From Chiloscyllium plagiosum (taxonomy: Eukaryota): a DNA stretch of 64,000 nt. Under the pieces are notes generated by a model that was given only the letters and a program-made list of their open reading frames with translations, had not been told where the DNA came from and ran no database searches. The stretch covers positions 12,677,180-12,741,179 of the forward strand of contig NC_057749.1 in the NCBI RefSeq assembly GCF_004010195.1. The letters are read 5' to 3'. Made by a program: the position numbers and the translations under genes. Below, piece after piece: positions 24,531 through 38,227 of this stretch (position 1 is the first letter of the stretch; each line of letters begins with the position of its first letter).

Positions 24531-27500
24531 CGAGCAACACGTTGGATAATATTTTCATTGAGAATCTCAGTTCTTCAATACATACTTTAGCTTTAGATCA
24601 TTACTTGATACAATATTTGATTATTTACTATTATCCTACATTTCTGGTGGAATGAGAAACCTGAGGTAGAACACAAAACAGAGTTCTGCTTAACTTGCAT
24701 TATGAACATCACTCTAAGGTTTGGTTTGCACAGGTCTATCGTGTTTTTTTCCCCCATTTATTTACAGTAGGAGTGTCACTGGCGCCAAGCCAGTATCTAT
24801 TGCCCATTCCCAGTTACCCTGAACAGGTTGGTGGCAAACTGTCTTATTGAACCACTGCAATCCATGTGCCGTAAGTACACCCAGTCCTTTTGGGGAGGAG
24901 CAATCTCAAAGCTTAATGGACCAAACAGAGATCTGCCTGTGCACTGATCTCTGAAAGATGTCTTTTTCAAAATTTTGTGCATTAAAATAATAAAAGATCA
25001 AAAGCTGAAAATAGCCACACAATAATAGGTTTATTCTAGGTGTAGTGTATTTATACAATGTTTCTTTTGTAGGACAGTTTGAAAACAAATTTTATTGCTG
25101 TAACTTCACAGATTAGCAACTCTATATATATGCTTTTCCATTCGGTTTCATCATAGCTGGTCTTAAACACACGACACAGATATTCATGTATGCTGAAATG
25201 CTATCTTTGATTCAAACAAGAATACTTATGCTTTGTTTGCCGAACGTTTAAATGTCACCACTTAGGTAACTTACAGTGCCTTTCTATTATCAATGTAATA
25301 CTACATGACGAATGGCAGTGTTGGGAGGTACAACATTTCAGATTCCCACAGACAACCTTGTTGGGTTCTTAGTGAAATTAGCTGCAAAGCAGCATTATTC
25401 TGCTATGCTTTGGATGATGAATGAATGATTTATATCTGATCAAACAAGGCTATGCTCAATAGACCCACAGATTCAACTGCTACTTAGCATTTGAGATATT
25501 TATTTTGGGGAAAGAAAATATTGCACTCATGGTCCAAACATTGAATGATGTCAACACAGCAGCTGGTGTTGTTGGAAGATCATTACGGTTTCTTACATTA
25601 GAACAACTGCTGCCCTCTCAGATACAAATTTACAACAGAAGTCAGCAAAGAAAAATGCCACTTAGGTCATGGTTTCTGAGAGTAGTTTTAAGAATCCTCT
25701 GTCTTTTTCTTTATTACATTTCTGTAGGTTTAAAACATCCTGGTACATTACCTATGTATAACACAATTATAGTACATTCATTCTAGCAGACACCCCCACA
25801 ACTCCTTGCAACAATCAGACGATATGAAAGTCCAGGTTCAATTTGACTCCGCTCACAAAAGTGCCATCCTGCTCCAATAGTGTACAGGTCTGAACATAAC
25901 ATGGATGACAACGAGTTTTTCAGTTGCTGACAGAATGAAGATTGTAAGGCATCACCATTCTGCAGATAAACCAATATTCTCCTGCAATCTTACAACAAGA
26001 AGGCTGTGTTCCTTGCCCTTGCAGCGATATGGTCAAAGATGTTCTACTTTAACATTATTGCTACCTGGTCTAGGAGGCACACGTCTGAAAAGCAATTCCA
26101 AAAGCTGTCTAAAATTTACAGTTAAAACCAATATACTGTTCAAGTAACTGTTGCTTACCTCTTCCTCAGCCCCAAGTAGAAAGGTCATTCTTCCTCCTAA
26201 TTAGCACTGACTTTGGGAGGGGCATGTTTGATAGCATATTGTATATGGAGTATAATGGAAGAGAAGTAAATTGGTTGTCTTTTACGTTTCAGTGACACCC
26301 TTTTTGCCTCTCCTACTGTGAATCTAGTGTTGGAACGAAACGCGGGTGTATTTGTTCAGTATGTTACTAAACAGTTTACATTTGGACATTTATTAGAACT
26401 GCCTGAATAAACAGGAACTAACTAGCAGTCTGACTCTTATGTAAGTCAGATAGAGAAATGCTGCAAGCCTTCAGTCATCTATCGTGGCACTCTTTGGTGA
26501 CAAGAACAATTTGTGAGGCAAAACCAAAAGTTGTAAATGCTGGAAATCTGCAATAAAATCAGGAAATGCTGGCAATACCCAACACATGGGCAGTATCTGC
26601 AGAAACAGAAACAAAGGTTTTGTTCAATCATTAACGAAAATCTTAGCTGCGTTTTTCCCGCTGCATGTGCTGTTTGACTTAAGCATTGCCAACATTTTGG
26701 TTTTATTTAATGTTTGATAATGGCTGTGCTTTCATCATATGAAAGTGAAAAGCTACAATAACGAAGAACTATTGTAAAGAGTCAGGTGATGCAAATCCTT
26801 CAGGATTTCACAGCAGTATTGTGCATTACAATTACCTAGAACATTACAGCGCAGTACAGGCCCTTCAGCCCTCGATGTTGCGCCAACCTGTCATACCAAT
26901 CTGAAGCCCATCTAACCTATACTGTTCCATGTACGTCCATATGCTTGTCACATGCAGTGACTGAAAATAGTCATTTTAATAATTCTTTTTAAACAAAAAA
27001 ATCCATAGATATATCATGCTCTTCTTGCCATCAGGACATTGCAATGTGCTTCGCTGCAATTAAAAACTTCTATAAAAAGGACCAATAACCAATGACCGAT
27101 TACCGTTTTTGTGTTGAGGGATTACTATTGACTCAAATAGTGACCGTGAAACAAGGAATTAGCATATATCGAACTATATGTGAGCAATATAAATAATTTT
27201 TTTAAAACAAAATGTTTAATACACCTAACAATACAAAAGTGAAAAAATTGCAGCAAAATGTCATTGACTTCAAAATTTTCCTTGCTTTCATATGCAAACA
27301 TTAGGATAGATCGCATCTTGGGCCTTTATATAATCATATCCTTGAACATGAGATACATGTTAAAGCTCTAAGTTTAAGTATATTGCAGTCAATCAAATGG
27401 ACACTATTTGTAACCAAATTTAGGTTTATAATTGGTTCACTGGGGCAAACAACTTAGTTTATTGAACTGAAGAGATACAGAAAATTATGCACTAAAATTT

Positions 27501-30500
27501 CATTAAAATGAACATGGCACAGCAATAGCCGAGGATTCAACAAGTTTAAACAACATCTGAACCAGTAGATAGAGTATCACATAGCAATTCAAAACCTTAA
27601 CCTAGGAATAGAACCAGCTCATTTCATCCCAGGGACAGCCAGGTAAGAAAGCTGAATGCGGATGGGTAACGCGAATGAAGACAGATTTTAGCAACATTGT
27701 TGCTTCTATTTTTTTCAGCTCAGGTAAGATTATCCTTCATCAGCTGAATGCCATTTGTCCAGTTAAATGCCCATTATTTTAGGTTTGAAGGGAAATCAAT
27801 GACTGGATAGATGTTTATTTTTGATAGACTACATAACAAACTCAAACCAACTACCAAACTATACTAGGAGTGGCACACTTTGGAAATTTCAATTAAGGAT
27901 CTGTTTAGATTCACAATATCGATTCAATGAAGTGATCAGTAAATACAAACTGTGCTGTACCAGCGACAACTGCTGAGGGGGGAAATTTAGAATTCAGAGT
28001 AGCAGTAAGAAGATCAGGAGACCAAACTAATCAATATCAGCCACAATATTGATAGTTTTCAAAAACGCACATTTTGAATACAAGGTGCCACCCCATTCAC
28101 AAGATAGAGCTTTATAATCTTACCCTACCTGGCAATCTGACACTGAGTTAGTGATCCTAGTGGCGCTTCCAGACCCCCCACTTTCTTCTTTCTAATGAGA
28201 GAATATGAAACTAGTTTCCACCTTGTCATACTTTATACTAGCACTATTCTATGTATCTAGTATACAAATTATTAAATGATTAAGACTAAAATACATGTAT
28301 AAAATATAATTTGTATACCCAATCTGCAAGCATTTAAACCACTGCCTCAAAATCTGCCCCTTTTTTTTCCAAAAGGGGAGGAATTTGTAAGATACCCTTT
28401 ACAGTACAAATGCCTGCTCAATGATAAATTTCCAGAGCTGAGACAGGGAAGGTGGCTAAGGGACCCGCCACATTCTGAGATTTACTTTGGGGGTGGGGTG
28501 AGGGAGACCAAAGAGAAAGAAATGGCCAGGTGGGAAAGGGAGCTGAAAAAACAAAGAAGTTCCAAGTTAAAATAAAGATAGGTGATTTTTATAAATTCAA
28601 ATTTCATGTGTTTAAGAGTGGTTTTCACCAGCACTGCAGACTGGGATCATCAACTAGGGTTTGCCCCTCTCAGAGTACTGGCTATGTTAATTTATGTTAA
28701 TCTAAATGTATACACCAGTGCTGCACTGTGTTAAATAATACCAGTTCAGTATGGAAACTGATATACAAACCAACTAATAAATCATTCATATAGGACATGC
28801 CAAGTAGAGCAACCAGGTTGATTAACTTTAGATTAAAGGCTCCTGACTAAATAACGAATTCTTTAACATTATGTTCCTGCAAGTGATTATTTTACACTTC
28901 CTCAAGTGAGTGCATGGAGCAGACACAAGTCCATAGTTACAGATATCTCAGTTTAGGATGAGGTGTAAAGTGTTATCGCAAGCACCATTTGCCTAACACC
29001 TCACATACATCAACATCTTCAATCTCCAAATCAGAATCTCAGCAGACAAGTGAGGAAAGTTGAACTTGTGAGTCATGTGAAAATCACTGACTCCTTACCC
29101 CTCGGCATTGTGGGAAAACATTTATTACAAGAATTGCATCAGTTCAAGGAATCAATCAATGGCAAATCATCACCTTCTCAAACCGACCAGTCAGATAATA
29201 AATGCTGGTCTTTGTCACCGTTAGAAAAAATCTGTTTATAAAGATCATGCACAATCTGCTGAAAAAGTTGAACTACAACCAAATCAATCCCGTTCCCTCC
29301 CCTACATGTCCCAGATCCAGACGGAGAACACTGGAAAACAGAAAGGTAATCCCAGATTTTAAAGGGGCAGTGCGTAACCAAACAAAATATTCCATTTTTA
29401 CACTGTTTTCTCCACTGAAGGACCCATTTAATTACACTGACTGAGTAATTTTTGCTTGGGAATTTTAGTCATCGTGAGGTGTTCAATTTACACAAAAAAT
29501 TCTAACTTTTTAAACCTAGTGTCCAATAAGAGGTAGTTTAAATAATGTGCAATCTCCATATAGCCAAAACCTTGAGTTCACTCATAATAGTAATAGGGCG
29601 TGAGACCAAATCAGGTTTTTGAGACTCAAGGTTCTGAGCGGAGTGCTATTGTAGCCATTAACAAGGAACCACCAGGAAATCACCAAAAACAAAATTCCCA
29701 ATCTTGAAGCTGCTACAGGGGATATCTTTTCCAAAGTAAAAAGTAAAAAGCATAAACATTAACTTCCACTATTCAAAGTAATCCAGTCACTGCATGATAC
29801 ATGCAATTTAGATGGTTAAAAGAATCAGGCTTCTTGACCAACACTCAAACGCGTGACCAACATATATGGATTAAGTATTTGGTAAGTTGGAACCATATGG
29901 CTTAGCTGTAACATTTTAGACAAACCTCACAGTTACAGACTCCAGCTTGATCAAAAAGTAGTTTCTGGTGACCACAATAATCAGATTCGCTGTTATACTT
30001 CTGTCTATTCTATCACTGCATTCACCAAGGCAGACCAGTAACATCTTTGCAGAAATCTGTAGAGTGACACACTTCTGAAAATAGTTCGCCCACTGGTGTC
30101 TGCCAAATAGAAATTGGTGCAGGCTAATCTTTACTATTTTAGACAAGCATCAGAATCAACTGATAATCTAAAGCTTGTGAAAAACTGGAACTCTCTCAAA
30201 CTAAGGACAAGAGGTCAAGTCTTATTGAAAATATTCCTGTTTGCAACTCAAGTCCTTTTTATAACGAATATATTACTTGGCACAGCCCTGTAGAGTTGGG
30301 ATTATTGACCAGTATGATTAATATATCACCTCTAAAGACACCACATGATCTCGATGAACAACTAAAAGGATTTTGATCCACCAAACAATTTCAATGAGTG
30401 CCATGATTCACCAGGCATACAATCAGGACAAAACTTTCAACAAAAGCGAGGCAAGTCTTTAGTTTTCACCATTATGACAGAATTACCTTCCTTTCCAGTT

Positions 30501-31002
30501 CTTCACACAGCATCTGTACCAGACCTTTGTAAATTCAAAAGTGGCATAAGTTGTATTGTCATTTTTGCTGAGCTGTTTTTGCTGAGCAAAACTAAAACAT
30601 TACTAAACTTGTATGTGATTGGTCTGATCTATGAAGTTTCTGACAGAGTAGTGACCAGAAGCTCACTTCTCATTTGCTACAGTGAGCAGCAATTGAGTTA
30701 CACATCTTGGGTCACCCAAACGGTCAAGGACACTGATGCATTGAGCAAGGAGCAAAATGACTTATTTTACACGTGAATCACTACCGACTGATCCACTGAG
30801 CTTGAGTGTTGTTCAGGAATTTTCCTGAAAGATGTTCCAATCTCACGAATTCAAATGGTCATTCCTGTTCTAACAAAGAGATTTCTCCAAGACCAGCAGG
30901 CACAGCTAAAAAATCTTATTACTTATAAGATAAAGTTTGTGGTTGACTACACTCTGGCTACTTCTGAAACTTGCACTGCGCGTTCTTTAGTCTGACACTC
31001 AC

Positions 31003-31147
31003 CGAGTTAGGATAATTCAGGTAGCAGATTGCACAAACCATATCTTGTGAGGATGATCTTGTGTTCATCTGACGTGTTCGAGACTTTTTATAAGGGTTTA
31101 CTACATGGCATTCTGCAAAAAGTTTCTCCAAGTTTCCATCAAAGTAT
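31003..31147 (-). CDS. ARIH1: ARIH1 coding exon 3 (start of RING1), 145 nt
   Basis: [48 protein letters not shown]; acceptor ttacag|A, donor TCG|GTGAGT; phase fits exon 2. Confidence 0.97.
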
Positions 31148-33183
31148 CTGTAAGAAACAATGCAGCTATTACAAAAATAATCAAAAGAATTTGCTCAGTT
31201 TTCATCTGCTTCATGTTGAAATATTTATCTCTAAATGTCTTCATATATAGAATATAGATCTCTAGGAAACTTTTATGCTTGCGTGCACTTAAAAAGTAAT
31301 GTTTTCATTATAATTTCCTTTGTCAATTTTTAGACTAGGAAATGCTTCTGAAAATCTGGTGCACTGCAATTACACACACTGGTGGTGGCATCATAACTTC
31401 ATCACTGGAAAGAGTTGGAATCATCAGGTTTACATTAAGAGTTCCCATTATAAACATGAATACAGGAATCTTTAATGAAAATATACAAAAATATAAAAAA
31501 AATGATTTGGCAAAACAGTACTACTTACCCTATTCCAAAGATCCCCTTCTTTAATTCTACCTAACATGAAGCTGAACATAAGCCGTGCAGAACTCCATAG
31601 AAGATTATACAACCAGTCAACGTAATTTTTAATTTCTTCAAAATTTACTTTTTAGCAACACAAATCTGACAAAGACAAATTTCTAGTCATTCCATCTATG
31701 CTGGAATTACCCATGGTCATGTTCACCATTAGCAGCAACTTCACTAGAAGTGGAAGGGGAGAATACACCTAGGAAGCTGTGACCTTGAAATGGACAGCAA
31801 TTTAGACAAAGTGAAGAGAATTTAGAAGACTCTTACACTGATATAATGGAGACTGCAGGAGGGTAGTGGTAGGAAAATGAATTTCAAAAGTTTAATTCAA
31901 GTAAATTATAGGCATTCATTTAAGGTCATTTTGACTAATTCCTCCAAATTGTACATAATTAATATTTTTGACATTTGGAATCCCATTCCCAACATACTAA
32001 TTTCAATTTCAAATGCAACTGATCTAACTTTCTTACAGAGAAAATGAAGTTAATAAACTATGGGCAATTTCGATGATTTATTCTTCTTCAGCTAGGGCTT
32101 TGCACAATACAAGTGTGTATCCAGGAAGATACAGAAATGCACTGTACATAGCTAGACAACATTTTGCCTATTAAAATCAATGACTCAGGAAACTCAAAGC
32201 TTCCATTGTAACTATATTCAAATTTCAAGAGTAGCATCTCATCATTTACATTCAGGACTACTGAAGAGTAGAACAGAAAGCTGGGATGATAAGTCTTTAC
32301 TTCTGAGACATCAATGGCCATAAGATTCAAATGACACTCGTGGTTATTGGAGGGTTACCAAACGAATCTAGTAACATACAATGGTGTCTTACAACTTATC
32401 TTGAAATTTACCAGGGCTATCTCACCCTGTGTTTCCTACTGCCAGGAATGAATATATAAAAATAATGTTCTGGGAAGATAGCTAATAAAATAATTTCCGT
32501 AGGGAAGGTGGTGACAGTCCAATTTTGCACAACTGACATCATAAATAATGAGAGTCTTTTCCTGATAAACTCTCCATTATGTTTATATGGACACAGTATA
32601 TCACTGCATTTTAGATTGCCTCTTGAATAGATGTAGTTTATGCACAGGTAAACAGGCAACTCCTCCAATCCACAATCAATAACAGCAATCTTGGAAAGAT
32701 AAAATAAAATCATAACTTAAGATTACTTGGTGGCAGAACTAAACTAATCTATCCAGGCAAATGAGGATTAAGAAAAAAAAAATCAACAATTATGGCTCAT
32801 GTTCCCATATCACTATAATTCCATAGAATAAGACTGATTTTGAATATCTTTCACCCAGTAGGAAATATAATTAAATGGGCACCACTGAGGCAGATGGAGC
32901 CATAATGGTTCAGGTCTATCAACCAAGACACTTCCATCTGCTACTGCATAATCTCATTCCAAAGTTGTAGCAAAGCCAAAGCTGTGCAACTAATACTAGC
33001 CACCGTCCATTGCTAGTGTGAGAAGGGTCACATGATAGTTGTGCTCATTTTGCACAGGTTGTTTTTGTATGGTTTCCAATTTACCAAGTCTAAAATTCAT
33101 CCTTCCACAATTGTAGGATGGACAATCATGGTTTATGCAACCAAAGACAGTAATCATATTCTGGTGATGTCCAGTTAGTATTT

Positions 33184-33830
33184 AGAACATAGAACTGTAC
33201 AGCACAGGAATGGACCCCTCACAGCTCATGATGCTGTGCTGAACATGACTCCAAATTAAACTAATCCCTTCAACCTACCCTTGATCCATGTCAATTCTTT
33301 GCATATTTATGTGCTTATCTGTAAGTCTCTTAACACCTCTATCGTATCTGGCTCCAGTACCGCCGCTGGCAACGTGTTCCGCAGTCCTACTACAATGTTA
33401 AAAAAAATTATCTTTTAAATATCATAGTTGTAGCCACCTCTACCACTTCCTCTGGCAGCTCATTCCATACACCACCTTGTGTGTGGAAGACATTGTCCCC
33501 CGAGATCAGTTTTAAAAACTTTTCCCCTCTATGCCATCTAGTTTGACCCAACCTCTACATCCGCCTGTGGTAAAAGAAAATTACACAGATTCACTACCTT
33601 CAGAAGAAATTCCTCATCCCTGCCTTGGATGGGTGACACCCTACTCAGAAGATGATGCCTCTGCTGTCCTACACTCTCCCACAGGGAGAAGCACACTCCC
33701 TGCCTTGAACCTGCTATGCCCCACAAGAAGGTGGGGCATAGCAGTTTCAACAAGGTCTCCGTTCATACCTCCAAACTCCCATTAATAGAAATTCAAACTA
33801 CTCAACCTATTCTTATAAGAAAATCAGGTT
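33184..33830 (-). mobile_element. Mosaic of decayed CR1 3' fragments
   Basis: TAGAACATAGAAC tail complement and CR1 3' UTR similarity. Confidence 0.6.
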
Positions 33831-34885
33831 GTTTTTTTCTTAATCATCTTTATCTGCCAAGTACAAAGAAAGTGAGACCCATTCCCCTGTAACAAAGGGA
33901 GCCATTCAGCTGCCAAATTCTGTAAATTAGGGCACTAAAGCATCGGTTGTCCCCTCCATCTCTCACTTAAAGGGTTGAGTGTACACCCTTCCAGTAATTC
34001 ATCATTACTGCTAGTTAATCCAGGCAAGTGCAGGTTCCCAGTTGTTTCCCACTCTTTTCTTTCAGAGCCCACCAAAACCTTGCAGAAAAGTACTGCTGCC
34101 TCATACTACTGTGGAAGATCATTGTTGTTACACACGAAGCACTCAGCCCTTAAAAACCCAATGTACACCTAATATAATTTACTGTAAAATCCCACTGTAC
34201 ACTCAACATTGCCATAGAGAGTTTTACAAACTAGAAAATGAGTTAAAAATAAAACTGATGCAAAAGAAAATTGAAGTGAATTGTTCAGAAGTATTAAAAC
34301 AATATTACCTACAAGTGGGCAAAACGGAACAGTAATAAAACTGAACTTTAGTCCTAAACAGACTGACACAGAAGTTATAAAAAGGGTAATATAGTCACTG
34401 CAAAGACTTGAAATAAATATTATCTCTGCTTTTACAGTACATATGAACATATAAATTCGGAAAAGGCAACGTTATTTAGCCCCTTGCGCCTGCTCCACCA
34501 TTCCATAAGATCATGGCTGGTCTAATAGCAGCTCAACTTTACATTCTTACCTATCTCTGAAATCTTACCATACCCTTGTTAGTTAAGAATCTACCTCTGC
34601 TTCCATGGTTCTCTGGGAAAGAGTTGCAGAGATTCAGAACTCTAAAGGAAAATGCGTCTTAAATAGAGACCCCTTATTTTTAGCCTGTCTTCATTATTAC
34701 TCATCTCTCCCACAAGGGACAATGTCCTTTCAGCATCCATCCAGTCAACTTCCCTCAGGATCTTGCGTCTCAATAAGACTACCTCACATTCTACCAAACT
34801 CTAATGAATACAAACCTAGTCTTTTCTTATAAAATAATCCCTTCATCTAAGAAATCAGTAGAACATTCTTGGAGCTGCTTCTATC

Positions 34886-35100
34886 TGTGAGGGTTTCCTC
34901 CGGGTGCTCCGGTTTCCTCCCACAGTCCAAAGATGTGCAGGTCAGATGAATTGGCCATGCTAAATTGCCCTTAGTGTTAGGTAAGGGGTAAATGTAGGGG
35001 TATGGGTGAGTTGCGCTTCGGCGGGTCGATGTGGACTTGTTGGGCCGAAGGGCCTGTTTCCACACTGTAATGTAATCTAATGTAATGTAATCTAATCTAA
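34886..35100 (+). mobile_element. 5'-truncated HE1-type SINE inside an older CR1 relic
   Basis: Central and 3' SINE domains with a (TAATG/TAATC)n tail; no tRNA head. Confidence 0.88.
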
Positions 35101-35499
35101 CTGCAGATATTGCAGATACACAGATGACAATATATCAAAGTCCCTAGATTCTGGAATAGTCCCAGTATGTTGAAAGGTGACAAGTACTATCCTATTATTG
35201 AAAAAGGCAGGGAGAGAGAAGGGAACTGAAGCCCAGGTAGCCACACACCTGGGGACATACTGGAATCCGTCATTAAGGAAACTATATCAAGCCACCTCGA
35301 AAAACAGTGTAAAAATTGATGAAGCTTTATAAACTTATAAAAATTTAATTTTTTGAAAATATTAGCTGGGCATATAAAAGGGAACCAAATCAACTTAGTT
35401 TGCCTGGATTTTCAAAATACATGTGGTTAAATGTCACATGAAAAGGTTGCTGTTCAAGTTAGGAGCTTTATTGGTTATATAGGATTAGTTTAAAGGCCA

Positions 35500-37495
35500 G
35501 AAAAAGGGGGAGATACTAAACACTTATTTTGCATCAGTATTTACTGTGGAAAAGGATGTGGAAGATATAGACTGTAGGGAAATAGATGCTGACACCTTGC
35601 AAAATGTCCAGATCACAGAGGAGGAAGTGCTGGATGTCTTGAAACGGATAAAGGTGGATAAATCCCTAGGACCTGATCAGGTGCACCCTAGAACTCTATG
35701 GGAAGCTAGAGAAGTGATTGCTGGGTCTCTTGCTGAGATATTTGGATCATCGATATTCGCAGGTGAGGTGCTGGAAGACTGGAGGTTGGCTAACATAGTG
35801 CCACTGTTTAAGGGTGGTAAGGACAGGCCAGGGAACTATAGACCAGTGAGCCTGACGTCGGTGGAGGATGTTGTTGGAGAGAATCTGGAGGGACAGGATG
35901 TATATGTATTTGGAAAGGCAAAGACTGATTAGGGATAGTCATAATGGCTTTGTGCATGGGAAATCATGTCTCACAAACTTGATTGAGTTTTTTGAGGAAG
36001 TAACAAAGAGGATTGATGAGGCAAAGCAGTGGACATGATCTGTATGGACCTCAGTTAGGCCTTTGAAAAGGTTCCCCATGGGAGGCTGGTTAGCAAGGTT
36101 AGATCTCACGGAATACAGGGAGAACCAGCCATTTGGATACAGAACTGGCTCAAAAGTAGAAGACAGAAGGTGGTGGTGGAGGATTGTTTTTCAGACTGGA
36201 GGCCTGTGACCAGTGCAGTGCCAGAAGGATCGGTGCTGGGTCCACTACCTTTTGTCAGTTACATAAATGATTTGGATGCGAGCTTAAAGAGGTAGAGTTA
36301 GTAAGCTTGCTGATGACACCAAAATTGAAGATGTGTAGTGGACAGCAAAGAAGGTTACGTCAGATTACAACAATATCTTGACCAGTTGGGCCAATACGTT
36401 GAGAAGTGGCAGATGGAGTTTAATTCAGATAAATGCAAGGTGCTGCATTTTGGGAGAGCAAATCTTAGCAGGACTTATACATTTAATAGTAATGTCTTAG
36501 GGAGTGTTGCTGAACAAAGAGACCTTGGAGTACAGGTTCATAGCTCCTTGAAAGTGGAGTCGCAGGTAGATAGGATAGTTAAGAAGGCGTTTGGTATGCT
36601 TTCTTTTATTGGTCAAAGTACAGGAGTTGGTATGTCATGTTGCGACTGTACAGGACATTGGTTAGGCCACTGTTGGAATACTGCGTGCAGTTCTGGTCTC
36701 CTTCCTATCAGGAAGATGTTATGAAACTTGAAAGGGTTCAGAAAATATCTATGCTGCCAGAGTTGGAGGATTTGACCTATAGAACATAGAAGAATACAGC
36801 GCAGTACAGGCCCTTCGGCCCTCGATGTTGCGCCGATCCAAGCCCACCTAACCTACACTAGCCCACTATCCTCCATATGCCTATCCAATGCCCGCTTAAA
36901 TGCCCATAATGAGGGAGAGTCCACCACTGCTACTGGCAGGGCATTCCATGAACTCACGACTCGCTGAGTAAAGAACCTACCCCTAACATCTGTCCTATAC
37001 CTACCCCCCTTAATTTAAAGCTATCCCCCCTTGTAATAGCTGACTCGATACGTGGAAAGGCTGAACAGGCTGGGGCAGTTTTCCCTGGAGCGTCGGAGGT
37101 TGAGGGGTGATATTATAGTGGTTTACAAAATTATGAGGGGCATGGAAAGGTTAAATAGACAAAGTCTTTCCCCGGGGTCGGGGAGTCCCCAGGGAAACAG
37201 AACTAGAGGGGATAGGTTTAGGGTGAGAGGGGAAAGATATAAAAGAGACCTAAGGGGCAACTTTTTCACACAGAGGGTGGGTACATGCATGGAATGAGCT
37301 GCAAGAGGAAATTGTGGAGGCTGGTACAATTACAACATTGAAGAGGCAGTTTGATGGGTATATGAATAGGAAGGGTTTGGAGGGATATGAGCCAGGAGCT
37401 GGCAGGTGGGACTAGATTGGATTGGGATATCTGATCAGCATGGATGGGTTGGACCGAAGGGTCTGTTTCCATGCTGTACATCTCTATGACTCTAC
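35500..37495 (+). mobile_element. CR1 LINE ORF2 (RT) and 3' UTR, with a nested antisense CR1 at about 36781-37051
   Basis: KVDKSLGPDQVHPRTL, EDWRLANIVPLFK, PGNYRPVSLTS, WQMEFNSDKCKVLHFG, LERRRLRGD; frameshifts and stops. Confidence 0.93.
36781..37051 (-). mobile_element. 3' end of a different, younger CR1 family nested in the CR1 above
   Basis: AGAACATAGAAGAATACAGCGCAGTACAGGCCCTTCGGCCCTCGATGTTGCGCCG (tail complement) splits the host at ...CTAT|GGAAAGGCTGAACAGG; a related fragment lies at about 26836-26950. Confidence 0.8.
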
Positions 37496-37937
37496 GACAG
37501 GAGAAAACAAGCAGGAATGAACTGGCCGTTTTCAGGTTGGCAGGTAATTAGTGGAGTGTCACAAGGATCTGTGCTGAGGCCTCAGCTATTTAGAGTCTAT
37601 ATTAATTACTTGGAAGGAGAGATCAAGGGTCGTGTTTCCAAATTTTCTAACACTATAAAGCTTAAAAAGCTTAGGGAGGCAAGTTTACAAAGGTTTATAA
37701 TTGGATGAACTGATTGGATGAGAGTGGCAATTAAGGTGGGGAAATGTGAAGAGACCATCCACTCTGACACACCTGGCATACTGTGTAGAGTTGGTACCTA
37801 AAGATGAATGCACATTCTTAGATCGGGTACAAAACCGATTCACAGGATTGATTCCCATAAAGAAATATTGATCATCATGGTCCTTTATTTCTGGAGTTTA
37901 GACGAATGAGATTGCATTGAAACAGATATTTGCAATT

Positions 37938-38198
37938 CCATCAGGCAGAAGATCCAGAAGCTCGAACACACGCACTAACCGGTTCAAGAACAGCTTCTTC
38001 CCTGTTATTAGACTGATGAACGGACTCTCTAGCTTCAAATAATGTTGATCTTGCTTCACGTATCTCCTGTGCAGTGTAATCTGTATGCCTCACTCTGTCT
38101 AGGCACTCAATGATGTTTGCTATGATCTGCCTGCACAGCTCGCAAAAAAAGCTTTTCACTGTACTCAGGTAACGTGACTACAATCACATCAAGTCAAA
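37938..38198 (+). mobile_element. Rex1/Babar-like LINE 3' end
   Basis: Translates PSGRRSRSSNTRTNRFKNSFFP..IRLMN, the typical Rex1 ORF C-terminus, followed by AAGCTTTTCACTGTAC. Confidence 0.65.
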
Positions 38199-38227
38199 AA
38201 GATGGCCCAATCGTAGGACATGCATTA

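Noticed and set aside
25783..25974. Minus-strand ORF after a tttatctgcag acceptor-like site
   Set aside because: No similarity to ARIH1 or any family I recognise, and no convincing donor.
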